Assembly: GCA_963710755.1 (NCBI GenBank)
Contig: CAVQBK010000006.1
Location: 1 to 64,000 of the forward strand
Length of the DNA: 64,000 bases
Direction: 5' to 3'
DNA from: an uncultured bacterium
GTDB lineage: Bacteria > Oederibacteriota > JAAXVQ01 > JAUVAV01
Positions 36,344 through 46,315 of this stretch are shown here, piece after piece. A program made the position numbers and the translations under genes. Each line of letters opens with the position of its first letter. Position 1 is the stretch's first letter. Under the pieces are notes generated by a model. It worked only from the letters and a program-made list of their open reading frames with translations. It made no database searches and had not been told where the DNA came from.

Positions 36344-38653
36344 TTATTTTCTTCTTTTTACATTAATTTCCCTTTTTAGCTTTTTCTTATTTTTTTTAGA
36401 TGCTTTTCGTTCGATTTTGATCGCGATTAGATTATTTTTATATTGTTTTAAATCGATCAGTGTGTCAAAAGACTGGCGATGTCCATTTATGGTTAATTGG
36501 GGGGCCTTACCTAAGTCTGGTTCAATAGCCAAAGAAAGCAGTTTATGCTGAACCGGCAAGTTGTCTATATGCAAAGCTTGGCCAGCCAGGGGGCGTGTGA
36601 CCACAATCCCTCGGGGGGTTATTTTTAATCCACCCAGACCTCGCAAGATTAACGGAATATAAGTAAACGCAGAAACGGACAATCCCCGGGCGGTCATGCC
36701 ACTGTCCCCCGGAAGACCACATTGTTTGGGATTTAGGAGCATTTGCTTGCTGGTTACCTTGAATTGTTGCAGAGCCTCTTGCGCGGTAACCGGGGTAATC
36801 AGCCCAGCGAGCAGCACGCGATAGGTATAGCCGATGTCATAACTATTTTCATTAACCGGCAGAATAGTATTGGGCGAAAGCTCGTCCTTTAAAAAGGACC
36901 GGTAAAATCCCTGGTCAGTACGCCAAAGCGGGTTGGTCCAGCACTCATGAAACACGGCTGCTTGCAGGGCAGGCGGGCCAATATTGAGTATATAAGCATT
37001 TATAGCGCTGATATGGGCGATGTCCAGTATTATATCGCGGTCATCAAGGCGTCCGTAGGCATAAAACCCTTTTTCACCCAATTGATTGGTCCAATAATTT
37101 TCCGCTAAAACCGTTTCGGCTTTTTTATTTTTTTCATCGAGGACCGCCAACAGGTGTTTATACTCAGGGTTGGCCAAAAGCTCATAAAGTTCATGAAGAT
37201 ACCGGTAGGCCAGAATGGACGCCATGCTATATTGGGAAAGCTGAAGGTCAGTGTCCTGGACACGATAGACCGGTTCGTCCGGTTCTACCGCACCCTTGGG
37301 TTCAAGCGCTATCCTGAAATTAGGCAGGCTATCCTGATCATCATCGAGGCTGTCAATATAGTTCATCAGCTCCTGGATTCGAAAGGCATTTCCCCGCAAC
37401 CAGGTAAAATCTGCGCTAAAAGCGATATAATCATAAATCATGTGGATCAAGTAAACCGAATCGACCGACTCCTGTCGTTGATCCAGCCATTGGTTGAGAT
37501 ATTGTTTTACATATTGGCTGTAACCCAGTGCTAAGAGACCGCGCAACCCCATGGCCAGCATTTCGGGATGGGCATTGACATTACTTGCCATCGTGGGATA
37601 AATAACGGTCCGATGCTGCTGCTCGTCCATCTGCCAAGGTGCCCACCCTTTGAGCACCCTAAAAAAATAATCGATGGTGGGATCCCCGCTGGCCACCACC
37701 AGCCCTTTGGCCTCCAAAGCCTCCTGCCTGGCATTCCATGCCGAATAATCGGAGGTGGCACGCAAGTGTGCCACCTGTTCAATAACACTTTGACGGTCCA
37801 GTCCCCAAGTTTGTATAAATTCAAATATCCGGGGCTGCTGCGGTTCCAGGTCCATGGCCGGGGTTTCCAAAGTCAGGCTGCTCATCGTCATGGTAGAGGA
37901 CGGCCTGTGCTCCCCATAGGGTCCTCCTGCCTCCGATCTAATCAACCCCCCGGCCGGTGACCAGGCCAAAGCCATCCAGGCTTCATTGCCTTGGGTGGCA
38001 CGATGCCCATAGACAGCGCCGGTCCTAAAATCATTTTCCCACTCGCCGTCAAGTGGTGATTCTTCCGGCGGCCCCAGTAGTTGGGGTTGGATCAGATTGG
38101 CATTTACCCGGAATCCGGAAAGTTTGCGGCTGCCGCGGTTAACCACCATAAAGCGGGTCACCACGGCAGGTATGCTTTGCGCCTGATAATAGGATCGTAT
38201 CACCCGTACATCATTGGCAAATTGCCAAGTTTCTTGCAAGCGCCCCGGGCTTATGGCTAGACGTAGTTTACAATCCGACTGTGCAGGATGAAAAGGAATA
38301 TCTTTTTTGATAGTACTATAGGAGAAAGTCAGCCCAGCCTGAAATTGCTGGCCTTGTGGCAACAAGAGCGTGCCTTCCGGACCGGCCTGGTCGGGACTAT
38401 AGACCAATAGTTGCACCATGGGATGCTGGTATCGAACAGCCAGAAAGATTTCCGGACCGGCGTTTTCAGGCCAGCTTCGGATGAGCGATTGGATTTTACC
38501 GGCGGGGGTTAATCTGAATTCCAGGTAAGAAACCTGCCGGGGATCAGCATCCCGAGGAGGTTGCCCCCATGCTGATCCCCAAACAGTACTAATGCCAAAG
38601 GTAATTAACAACCAGCCCCAACGGACTGTTAAGGCGCGGGGCATGGCGCGCAC
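36344..38653 (-). CDS. Exported protein with probable (alpha/alpha)6 glycosidase-like domain
   Basis: Signal peptide; YLIHMIYDYIAFSADFTWL, DDDQDSL, ENYW and ILRGLGGLKITPRGIVV resemble six-hairpin glycosidase elements; family not resolvable by eye. Confidence 0.5.
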   Translation of the reverse strand: MRAMPRALTVRWGWLLITFGISTVWGSAWGQPPRDADPRQVSYLEFRLTPAGKIQSLIRSWPENAGPEIFLAVRYQHPMVQLLVYSPDQAGPEGTLLLPQGQQFQAGLTFSYSTIKKDIPFHPAQSDCKLRLAISPGRLQETWQFANDVRVIRSYYQAQSIPAVVTRFMVVNRGSRKLSGFRVNANLIQPQLLGPPEESPLDGEWENDFRTGAVYGHRATQGNEAWMALAWSPAGGLIRSEAGGPYGEHRPSSTMTMSSLTLETPAMDLEPQQPRIFEFIQTWGLDRQSVIEQVAHLRATSDYSAWNARQEALEAKGLVVASGDPTIDYFFRVLKGWAPWQMDEQQHRTVIYPTMASNVNAHPEMLAMGLRGLLALGYSQYVKQYLNQWLDQRQESVDSVYLIHMIYDYIAFSADFTWLRGNAFRIQELMNYIDSLDDDQDSLPNFRIALEPKGAVEPDEPVYRVQDTDLQLSQYSMASILAYRYLHELYELLANPEYKHLLAVLDEKNKKAETVLAENYWTNQLGEKGFYAYGRLDDRDIILDIAHISAINAYILNIGPPALQAAVFHECWTNPLWRTDQGFYRSFLKDELSPNTILPVNENSYDIGYTYRVLLAGLITPVTAQEALQQFKVTSKQMLLNPKQCGLPGDSGMTARGLSVSAFTYIPLILRGLGGLKITPRGIVVTRPLAGQALHIDNLPVQHKLLSLAIEPDLGKAPQLTINGHRQSFDTLIDLKQYKNNLIAIKIERKASKKNKKKLKREINVKRRK

Positions 38654-38656
38654 TCC

Positions 38657-39655
38657 TCAATTGTTTTTAAACTGCTTGATCAACTCCGGCACCACCTCAT
38701 TGACATCACCCACAATGCCATAGGTAGCAATCTTGAAAATTTCAGCGTCAGGATCTTTGTTAATGGCAATAATAGTATCCGAAGACTGCATGCCAGCCAA
38801 ATGTTGAATGGCCCCGGAAACACCCAAAGCAAAATAAACTTTGGGGCAAACGGTTTTTCCAGTTTGACCCACTTGATGGGAATAAGGAATCCAGCCGGCG
38901 TCCACCACGGCCCGGGAGGCGCCAACAGCGCCACCGACTACGGAGGCCAATTCACGTACCAGATGGAAATTTTCCTGGCTGCCCATGCCGCGACCGCCGG
39001 TTACAATTATATCGGCTTCCGCAATATTGCAAGTCTCTTCTATTTCCTTAACTACTTCCACCACCTTGGCACGAATGGTGTAATCTGATTCGGCTTTATT
39101 GATTACATGCACTTGGCCCGTACGGGCGGCGTCTTTTTCCAACGGTTTCATGACCTTGTGCCTCACGGTGGCCATTTGTGGCCGTTTCTCAGGACAAATA
39201 ATAGTGGCCATGATATTCCCGCCGTAAGCCGGACGGGTACCAAGCAGCATTTTTTTGGCCGGATCAATTTCCAAAGCCGTGCAGTCTGCCGTCAAACCAG
39301 TTTGCATATTGGCTGCTACTCGCGGCAGGAAGGAACGGCCAATGGCTGTGGCACCGGCCAGTACTATGGCCGGTTTATGTTCCTGGGCCAGGTCGGTCAG
39401 GGCTTGGGCATAGGGTTCATCCTGAAATTTTTCGAATACCGGGCTCTCTACATAGTAGACTTCGTCAGCGCCATAGGCGATCAACTCATCAGCAGCAGCG
39501 CGCATATTATGGCCCAACAATACGGCAACCAGTTTTTGATTGAGATCATCGGCTAATTTCCGCCCCGCACCCAGCAGTTCCAGGGCTACACTATGCAATT
39601 GTCCATCCCGTTGTTCGGCATAGATCCAAACATCTTTAAAATCTTCGACAGTCAT
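38657..39655 (-). CDS. etfA: Electron transfer flavoprotein alpha subunit
   Basis: TGLTADC, RPAYGGN, GGRGMG, GASRAVVD, QVGQTGK and GVSGAIQH. Confidence 0.96.
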   Translation of the reverse strand: MTVEDFKDVWIYAEQRDGQLHSVALELLGAGRKLADDLNQKLVAVLLGHNMRAAADELIAYGADEVYYVESPVFEKFQDEPYAQALTDLAQEHKPAIVLAGATAIGRSFLPRVAANMQTGLTADCTALEIDPAKKMLLGTRPAYGGNIMATIICPEKRPQMATVRHKVMKPLEKDAARTGQVHVINKAESDYTIRAKVVEVVKEIEETCNIAEADIIVTGGRGMGSQENFHLVRELASVVGGAVGASRAVVDAGWIPYSHQVGQTGKTVCPKVYFALGVSGAIQHLAGMQSSDTIIAINKDPDAEIFKIATYGIVGDVNEVVPELIKQFKNN

Positions 39656-39775
39656 CTTTAACTATTCCTCCTATGATGCATCCTCACATACAAAATTGCA
39701 GGATTTACTTCACCGCGGCCTTCAAATGGCCTCCAAATGGAGTTATCCGCACTCAGGTGCCAACCAAACCCTTGG

Positions 39776-40564
39776 TTACAGAATGCTGGCAGCTTTGAGT
39801 TTTTCTCTCAACTGTTTAGCCACCGCCGGGGCTTCTCCATTTAAAATTTCGCCATTGTAAGTTCTCTTCGGAGTAAACGATTTTGCAACTTGGGTGGGCG
39901 AACCTTTAAGCCCCACCTGGTTTACGTCAAAGTCCGGCATATCCGCCACTGCCCAAACGGTGGGTTCGAATTTTTTAGCGCGCATTTTTCCTTTGAGCGA
40001 TTCCAAACGGGGCTCGTTGATTTCCTTGACTACACTGATAATGGCCGGCAAAGGACTTTCCACTACATCATAACCGTCTTCCATCAGCCGTTCGGCGCGT
40101 ATCTTGCTTTCCGTAATTTCTTCAATTTTTCTCACCCAAGAAATGGTGGGCAGATCGAGAATTGCTGCCACTTCCGGTCCAACCTGGGCGGTATCACCGT
40201 CCACAGCCTGCTTGCCGGTAATCACCACATGGTAATCCCCTATTTTCTTGAGCGCTTGTGCCAAGGTATAGGAAGTGGCCCAAGTATCGGAGCCGGCAAT
40301 TGCGCGGTCGCTGACCAGGATGCCATCATCCACACCCATGCCAATACATTTTTGAATGGCTGATTTGGCCTGGGGCGGACCCATGGTCACCACGGTGACT
40401 TTGCCTCCCATTTTTTCCTTAAGCCGCAACCCTTCTTCCACGGCGTATTCATCAAAGGGGTTGAGGATACTCTCCACGCCGTCACGCATCAGCGTACCCG
40501 TGTCGGGATTAATTTTAACATTGGTAGTGGCCACTACCTGTTTAATCAAAACCACGATATTCAT
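39776..40564 (-). CDS. etfB: Electron transfer flavoprotein beta subunit
   Basis: IKQV, NPFDEYAVE, AGSDTWATS, GKQAVDGDTAQVGP and GLKGSPT. Start placed at MNIVV. Confidence 0.96.
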   Translation of the reverse strand: MNIVVLIKQVVATTNVKINPDTGTLMRDGVESILNPFDEYAVEEGLRLKEKMGGKVTVVTMGPPQAKSAIQKCIGMGVDDGILVSDRAIAGSDTWATSYTLAQALKKIGDYHVVITGKQAVDGDTAQVGPEVAAILDLPTISWVRKIEEITESKIRAERLMEDGYDVVESPLPAIISVVKEINEPRLESLKGKMRAKKFEPTVWAVADMPDFDVNQVGLKGSPTQVAKSFTPKRTYNGEILNGEAPAVAKQLREKLKAASIL

Positions 40565-40620
40565 TCCAAACCTCCTGCTGGGATTGCTCACCTGCCGGTT
40601 TTCATCAGGTTCCGGCTTGT

Positions 40621-41778
40621 TTATTTACTTTTAGCAGCTTCCTTGATCAATTGAAGTGCAATTTCATTTCGTTGGATCTGACTGGTGCCTTCATAAATCT
40701 GGGTGATTTTGGCATCACGCATCATTTTTTCCACCGGGTATTCCTTCATATAGCCGTAACCGCCGAGGATTTGAACGGCATCAGTGGTTACTTTCATGGC
40801 CACTTCGGAAGCGTATAATTTGGACATGGCTGAGATTTTAGCAAACGATTTCTCACCAGCGTCAATCGTGCGCGCGGCCTGGTACAACAAAGCCCGGGCC
40901 GCTTCCACTTCCGTGGCCATATTGGCAAGCATATGCTGCACGGCTTGAATGCCGGCAATGGGTTGGCCGAATTGCACGCGCTGACGGGCATAGTGCAAGG
41001 CTTCCTTCAAAGCACCGGCGGCGATGCCCAGCGCTTGTGAGGCCACACCGGGCCGGGAGGTGTTGAGGGTGTTAACCGCCACGATAAAGCCCATGCCTTC
41101 TTTTCCCAAAATGTTTTTGGCAGGTACACGGCAATTATTGAATACCAATTCGCGGGTGGCAGATGCTCGAATACCCATCTTGTTTTCTTTTTTACCAAAG
41201 TCAAACCCAGGTGTGCCTTTTTCCACAATAAACGCGGTGGCGCCGCGGGTGCCCTTGGCTTTGTTGGTCATGGCAATGACTGTGTAGGTCTCCGCTTCTC
41301 CGGCGTTGGTAATCCACTGTTTGGTGCCGTTGAGGATATAATCATCACCATCTTTGACTGCCGTGGTCTGCATGTTACCGGCATCGGACCCGGCTCCGGC
41401 TTCTGTCAGTCCAAAAGCCGCTAATTTTTTACCGGCTGCAATATCGGGCAAGTATTTCTTTTTCTGCTCTTCATTGCCAAAAAGCAGAATCGGAAAAGTA
41501 CCCAAGGCCGTAGCTGCCATGGCCAACGATATACCGCCGCAGACTTTCGAAAGTTCTTCCACAGCCAGACAGAGGGAAAATATACCGCCACCAAAACCGC
41601 CGTATTCCTCGGGGATATAGAGCCCCATCAGATCCGCTTCCGACATGGCCTTCACAATATCCCATGGAAAAATGCCCTCTTCATCGTACTTTTCCCGAAC
41701 AGGTTTTATCTTGGTTTCCGCCAGTTCCCGGCAGGTATCGACAATCATCTTTTGTTCTTCGCTTAAAAAATAGTTCAT
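40621..41778 (-). CDS. Acyl-CoA dehydrogenase (butyryl-CoA dehydrogenase-like)
   Basis: FGLTEAGAGSD, NGTKQWITN, KMGIRAS, RVQFG, GGYGY and RDAKITQIYEGT. Start placed at MNYFL. Confidence 0.95.
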   Translation of the reverse strand: MNYFLSEEQKMIVDTCRELAETKIKPVREKYDEEGIFPWDIVKAMSEADLMGLYIPEEYGGFGGGIFSLCLAVEELSKVCGGISLAMAATALGTFPILLFGNEEQKKKYLPDIAAGKKLAAFGLTEAGAGSDAGNMQTTAVKDGDDYILNGTKQWITNAGEAETYTVIAMTNKAKGTRGATAFIVEKGTPGFDFGKKENKMGIRASATRELVFNNCRVPAKNILGKEGMGFIVAVNTLNTSRPGVASQALGIAAGALKEALHYARQRVQFGQPIAGIQAVQHMLANMATEVEAARALLYQAARTIDAGEKSFAKISAMSKLYASEVAMKVTTDAVQILGGYGYMKEYPVEKMMRDAKITQIYEGTSQIQRNEIALQLIKEAAKSK

Positions 41779-41826
41779 GGTTCCTCCCTCGCTTCGGTTA
41801 TGGTTTAGCAATGCTCCTGCGGCTGG

Positions 41827-42573
41827 TCAGCCGCCTTGGTCTTGATGAGATTGACGCTTTTTTATTTTTTCCAGGGTCTGGGCGGCGGCGCGCTGTTCGG
41901 CTTCTTTTTTGCTGGCACCGATACCAACACCATACGTCTCAGATCCCACCATCACCTTGACTTCATATTGCGGTTGATGATCAGGTCCGCTGATACGGAC
42001 CACGTTGTAATCCGGCAGTTGTCCGAAATATTTTTGCGTCAGCTCCTGTAAACTGGTTTTATAATCTGTGGAGGCCTGTCCCGATTGTACCTGGTCCAGC
42101 AGCACACGCCACTGACTAAGGATGAAACGTTTGGCCTGATTGATGCCCAAGGCCATATAAATGGCACCGATCACCGCTTCCATGGCATCAGCTAAATTGG
42201 AAGCACGCTTTCTGCCGCCGGTTTTAATTTCGCCCTGTCCCAGCAATAAACCTTCACCCAGGTCAAGGTCTTGGGCTCTTTTCGCCAAAACCGGGGTGGA
42301 CACTAAAAATGACTTGAATTTGGAAAGTTGACCTTCATCCGCCTGCGTCAGCCCTTTTATTAAAGCTTCTGTAATTACCAGTCCCAGCACGGCATCCCCC
42401 AAAAATTCCAGACGTTCATTGGAGTGATGCCATTGCCGTGGTTGGCGCGCTTGATGTTCATTGATCCAAGAACGGTGCACCAAGGCCTGATGAAGCAAGG
42501 GTTCCAATTCGTCCTTCCGGGAAAATCGGGAAAGTAAACCATGAACAATGTCATCATGCTTAGACTGGCTCAT
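41827..42573 (-). CDS. rnc: Ribonuclease III
   Basis: NERLEFLGDAVL signature, ADAMEAVIGA and a C-terminal dsRBD. Confidence 0.97.
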   Translation of the reverse strand: MSQSKHDDIVHGLLSRFSRKDELEPLLHQALVHRSWINEHQARQPRQWHHSNERLEFLGDAVLGLVITEALIKGLTQADEGQLSKFKSFLVSTPVLAKRAQDLDLGEGLLLGQGEIKTGGRKRASNLADAMEAVIGAIYMALGINQAKRFILSQWRVLLDQVQSGQASTDYKTSLQELTQKYFGQLPDYNVVRISGPDHQPQYEVKVMVGSETYGVGIGASKKEAEQRAAAQTLEKIKKRQSHQDQGG

Positions 42574-42585
42574 ACAGAGGCTAAA

Positions 42586-43827
42586 TCAGGGTTGAAACCG
42601 TTTCACCAGAATGGAGACATTGTGCCCACCAAAGCCAAAGGAATTGGAAAGTACATTGGTCACCGTGGTTTTCCGCGGCCCTTCCTTAATATAATCCAGA
42701 TCACATTCCGGATCCTGATGCTCAAGATTAATGGTTGAATGTAAAATTTGTTCTTCCAGGGACTTGACCACAGCCACGAACTCCACACCGCCGGCAGCGC
42801 CAAGGGCATGGCCGATCATGGATTTGGTGGAGGAGATTGCCAGTTTGTAAGCATGATCGCCAAACACACGCTTGATGGCTCGAGTCTCACCGATATCGCC
42901 CAAAGGGGTGGAGGTGCCGTGGGCATTAATATAATCAATATCTTCCGGCTTTAACCCGGCATCCAAAATAGCCAATTCCATGGCCCGGGCTCCGCCCCGT
43001 CCGTCTTCCCAGGGGGCTGTCATGTGATAGGCATCATCCGACATACCGCAGCCCGCCATTTCAGCTAAAATCGTGGCGCCCCGGCCCTGCGCATGTTCCA
43101 GGGATTCCAGTACTGCCAACCCGGCACCCTCACCAATCAGAAAGCCATCGCGATCTTTGTCAAAAGGACGGCTGGCACGCGCGGGATCATCATTACGGGT
43201 GGTCAACGCCTTGGCACTGCAAAATCCGGCTACTGATAATTGAGTAATAGCTGATTCGGTGCCACCGGCAATAACCACATCCGCATCACCCCGTTCGATA
43301 ATGCGGGTCGCGTCGGCCAGAGCATTGTTACCGGACGCGCAGGCCGTGACGACCGCCATATTGGGTCCGCAAAATCCATATTTGATAGCAATTTGACCGG
43401 GGGACGCATTGGGGATCATCATGGGAACAAGAAAAGGAGATACGCGGCCAGGACCTTTTTCGTATAAATTTACTTTTTGCGTTTCCGCCACGCCGATACC
43501 GCCGATACCACAGCCAACAATGACACCCACCCGTTCCTTGTTCAGGTTATCCAAATCCAATCGGGCATGCTTAATGGCTTCATCGGCCGCGACCATGGAA
43601 TATTGCACGAACAAATCCATACGTTTGATCTCTTTACGGTCAATGACCGAGCTGGGATCAAAGTCCTTAATTTCAGCGGCAATTTTCGTCGTAAATTGTT
43701 CAGGATCAAAGTGGGTAATCGGTCCGGCGCCAGATTTTCCGGCCAGCAAATTTTTCCAATAGGTTTCTACATTGTTCCCAAGCGGTGTAACCGCACCCAA
43801 GCCGGTTACGACAACCCTTCGTGACAT
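42586..43827 (-). CDS. fabF: Beta-ketoacyl-ACP synthase II
   Basis: RRVVVTGLG, TACASG, INAHGTST, KSMIGH and SNSFGFGG. Start placed at MSRRV. Confidence 0.97.
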   Translation of the reverse strand: MSRRVVVTGLGAVTPLGNNVETYWKNLLAGKSGAGPITHFDPEQFTTKIAAEIKDFDPSSVIDRKEIKRMDLFVQYSMVAADEAIKHARLDLDNLNKERVGVIVGCGIGGIGVAETQKVNLYEKGPGRVSPFLVPMMIPNASPGQIAIKYGFCGPNMAVVTACASGNNALADATRIIERGDADVVIAGGTESAITQLSVAGFCSAKALTTRNDDPARASRPFDKDRDGFLIGEGAGLAVLESLEHAQGRGATILAEMAGCGMSDDAYHMTAPWEDGRGGARAMELAILDAGLKPEDIDYINAHGTSTPLGDIGETRAIKRVFGDHAYKLAISSTKSMIGHALGAAGGVEFVAVVKSLEEQILHSTINLEHQDPECDLDYIKEGPRKTTVTNVLSNSFGFGGHNVSILVKRFQP

Positions 43828-44100
43828 AGGTCCTCCTGCGGTGTTTTGTTCTGCTGCTATGGAACCCCGCGGGCTTAGCCGTTGTGGTACCACTTCTAAT
43901 TTTCACCAGCTGTACATTCCAGCCGGGCCATTGCCCGGGAAACGTCAAACCGGTGTTTTTTCCGGGCATACCCGGGCGTGCACTCATTCCTCAGGTTTGG
44001 ATAATAAAATATCCACCTGTCCGCTACAGCGCACAGAGAATCCCTAACAGTTATTATTCATCCCGGTTGGTTAACCGTTAACTGTGTTGATCCAGATGAT

Positions 44101-44139
44101 GACTTGGCCTCCTGGGACTTACAACCTGGAGGCCAAGTC
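44101..44139 (-). terminator. Strong hairpin just downstream of acpP (terminator or stabiliser)
   Basis: GACTTGGCCTCC...GGAGGCCAAGTC, 12-bp stem; no clear U-tract. Confidence 0.5.
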
Positions 44140-44173
44140 GTACTAACCGAAGAATGAGATCAAAAGAGTTGAC

Positions 44174-44419
44174 TTATGACTGAGCAACGTTGGCGTGAGA
44201 TTTGATATAATCAATAGCATCGCCTACAGTTTTGATTTTTTCCGCTTCTTCATCAGGAATTTCCATGTTGAATTCTTCTTCCAAAGCCATAACCAATTCA
44301 ACCGTATCCAATGAATCGGCGCCCAAATCTTCAATAAAAGATGCTTCAGGCGTTACCTCATCGGCGTCAACACCCAATTGATCCACAATAATTTCTTTTA
44401 CTTTTTCTTCTAAAGCCAC
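44174..44419 (-). CDS. acpP: Acyl carrier protein
   Basis: [20 protein letters not shown] motif. Confidence 0.98.
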   Translation of the reverse strand: MALEEKVKEIIVDQLGVDADEVTPEASFIEDLGADSLDTVELVMALEEEFNMEIPDEEAEKIKTVGDAIDYIKSHANVAQS

Positions 44420-44501
44420 GCTCGTATGTCCTCCTTGTATAATTTTGTGTTTATTATAGTTTCACTATATTCCCTGGATTTTATGTTGGCTTGGTTAAGT
44501 T

Positions 44502-45248
44502 CTAATGCATCACCATCCCGCCGTCAACGGCCAAAACTTGTCCTGTGACATAGGTCGCATCATCCGACGCTAGAAAGCACACAGTTTTCGCAACATCCTC
44601 CGCTTCACCAAATCGACCCAGAGGGATAAGATTTTGCATGGCCTGTTTCACATCTTCGCTCAATTTGTCGGTCATGGCGGTCTTAATGAATCCTGGCGCC
44701 ACAGCATTAACCGTCACCCCGCGGGAAGCCAATTCCTTGGCAGCGGTTTTAGTTAATCCGATCACACCGGCTTTACTGGCGGAGTAATTAGCCTGCCCGG
44801 CATTCCCCATCAATCCCACCACGGATGCGATATTAACAATGCGTCCGTAGCGCTGCTTCATCATCGGTCTGGTAGCCGCTTTGATGCAATTAAAAGTCCC
44901 TTTAAGGTTGATCGCGATAACCAAATCCCAGTCGGCTTCACTCATGCGCATCATCAGACCGTCGCGCGTGACGCCTGCGTTATTGATCAATACATCGAGG
45001 CGAGTATATTTGTCAATGATTTTTTTAATTCCCGCTTCAACATCTTCCGGCGAGGAAACATCCATTTTCAAAGCCATCATTTCCCGGCCGCTTTGACTGC
45101 CAAGCGTCCGGGCGGCTTCTTGAGCCTTTTCCAAATTCACATCAGCAATCACCAAGGTGGCTCCGGCCGTGTTTAAGGTGTTGGCAATGGCATACCCAAT
45201 ACCCTGAGCGCCTCCGGTCACCAAAGCAATTTTACCTTCTAATGTCAT
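44502..45248 (-). CDS. fabG: 3-oxoacyl-ACP reductase
   Basis: TGGAQGIG, NNAGVTRD, GQANYSASK and VAPGFI. Confidence 0.97.
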   Translation of the reverse strand: MTLEGKIALVTGGAQGIGYAIANTLNTAGATLVIADVNLEKAQEAARTLGSQSGREMMALKMDVSSPEDVEAGIKKIIDKYTRLDVLINNAGVTRDGLMMRMSEADWDLVIAINLKGTFNCIKAATRPMMKQRYGRIVNIASVVGLMGNAGQANYSASKAGVIGLTKTAAKELASRGVTVNAVAPGFIKTAMTDKLSEDVKQAMQNLIPLGRFGEAEDVAKTVCFLASDDATYVTGQVLAVDGGMVMH

Positions 45249-45309
45249 CTCTTTCCTCCCTTTTCACGATCAGCGATTAGTCGTCAGGCTCACCAGGTAG
45301 CCCGGATGC

Positions 45310-46257
45310 TCAAGCCAGCACGGCCGCCTGCTCCCAAACTTTTTTAATCTCTTCGGGGTTAAAGGCACTATAGACGGGAATAGTTTTATCTATCTTCTTC
45401 ATCAATCCCCTCAAAACCTTGCCCGGACCGATTTCCACCATCGTATCCACCCCTTGGGCCAGCATATAACGGATACTGTCCGTCCAACGAACGGTCCCGC
45501 ATACCTGCTCCACCAAACGTTGTTTGATTTCATCGGCATCGCTAACCGGTGAAGCCGTCACATTGGCTACCACCGTATAACGGGGTTGCGTAAACGGTGC
45601 CGTCTGCAGAGCTGGTGTCAGCACTTCGGCAGCGGACTTCATAAAAGATGAGTGAAAGGGACCTGATACTGCCAGAGGCATGACCCGAATGCTTTTAGCC
45701 TGCGCCAAGGTAGTAAAGCGTTCCAAAGCCTGTAGACTGCCGGAAATGACCGTCTGACCGGGGCAATTCAAATTGGCAATTTGAACCTGACCGTCCTGAT
45801 CGGCTTCCCTGCAAAGCTCGGCCACTTCTTGTTCTTCCGGACCTATTACTGCGGCCATCCCCCCCTGGGCTTGGGCCGCTGCCGCCTGCATGGCTTGCCC
45901 CCGCTGCCGAACCAAGCGGAGCGCGGATTCAAAATCAATGGCGCCGGCCGCCACTAAAGCACTGTATTCTCCCAGGGAATGGCCGGCACAGATCACTTGT
46001 TCCGGCTTGGGCGTCCATTTGGTCTGCAAAACCTGCCATGCCGCCACACTGGCAGTGAGCAAAGCCGGTTGCGCAATAGCCGTGTCTTTCAACTTTTCTT
46101 CAGGACCTTCCAGCATTACCTGGCTAAGGTTAAACCCCAAAGTTTTATCAGCCAAGGCATATACCGCTTGTGCTGACGGCAGGGTCTCGATTAAGTCCCT
46201 GCCCATGCCAACAACTTGGGCGCCTTGCCCGGGAAATAGCAACCCTATTTTCGCCAT
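45310..46257 (-). CDS. fabD: Malonyl-CoA:ACP transacylase
   Basis: FPGQGAQ, GHSLGEY and VSGPFHS. Start placed at MAKIG. Confidence 0.97.
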   Translation of the reverse strand: MAKIGLLFPGQGAQVVGMGRDLIETLPSAQAVYALADKTLGFNLSQVMLEGPEEKLKDTAIAQPALLTASVAAWQVLQTKWTPKPEQVICAGHSLGEYSALVAAGAIDFESALRLVRQRGQAMQAAAAQAQGGMAAVIGPEEQEVAELCREADQDGQVQIANLNCPGQTVISGSLQALERFTTLAQAKSIRVMPLAVSGPFHSSFMKSAAEVLTPALQTAPFTQPRYTVVANVTASPVSDADEIKQRLVEQVCGTVRWTDSIRYMLAQGVDTMVEIGPGKVLRGLMKKIDKTIPVYSAFNPEEIKKVWEQAAVLA

Positions 46258-46315
46258 GAGATACTTCCTTTCCAACTGGATTTAAGCCCGCCTCCGAACT
46301 GATCTGGGTTGGTTT

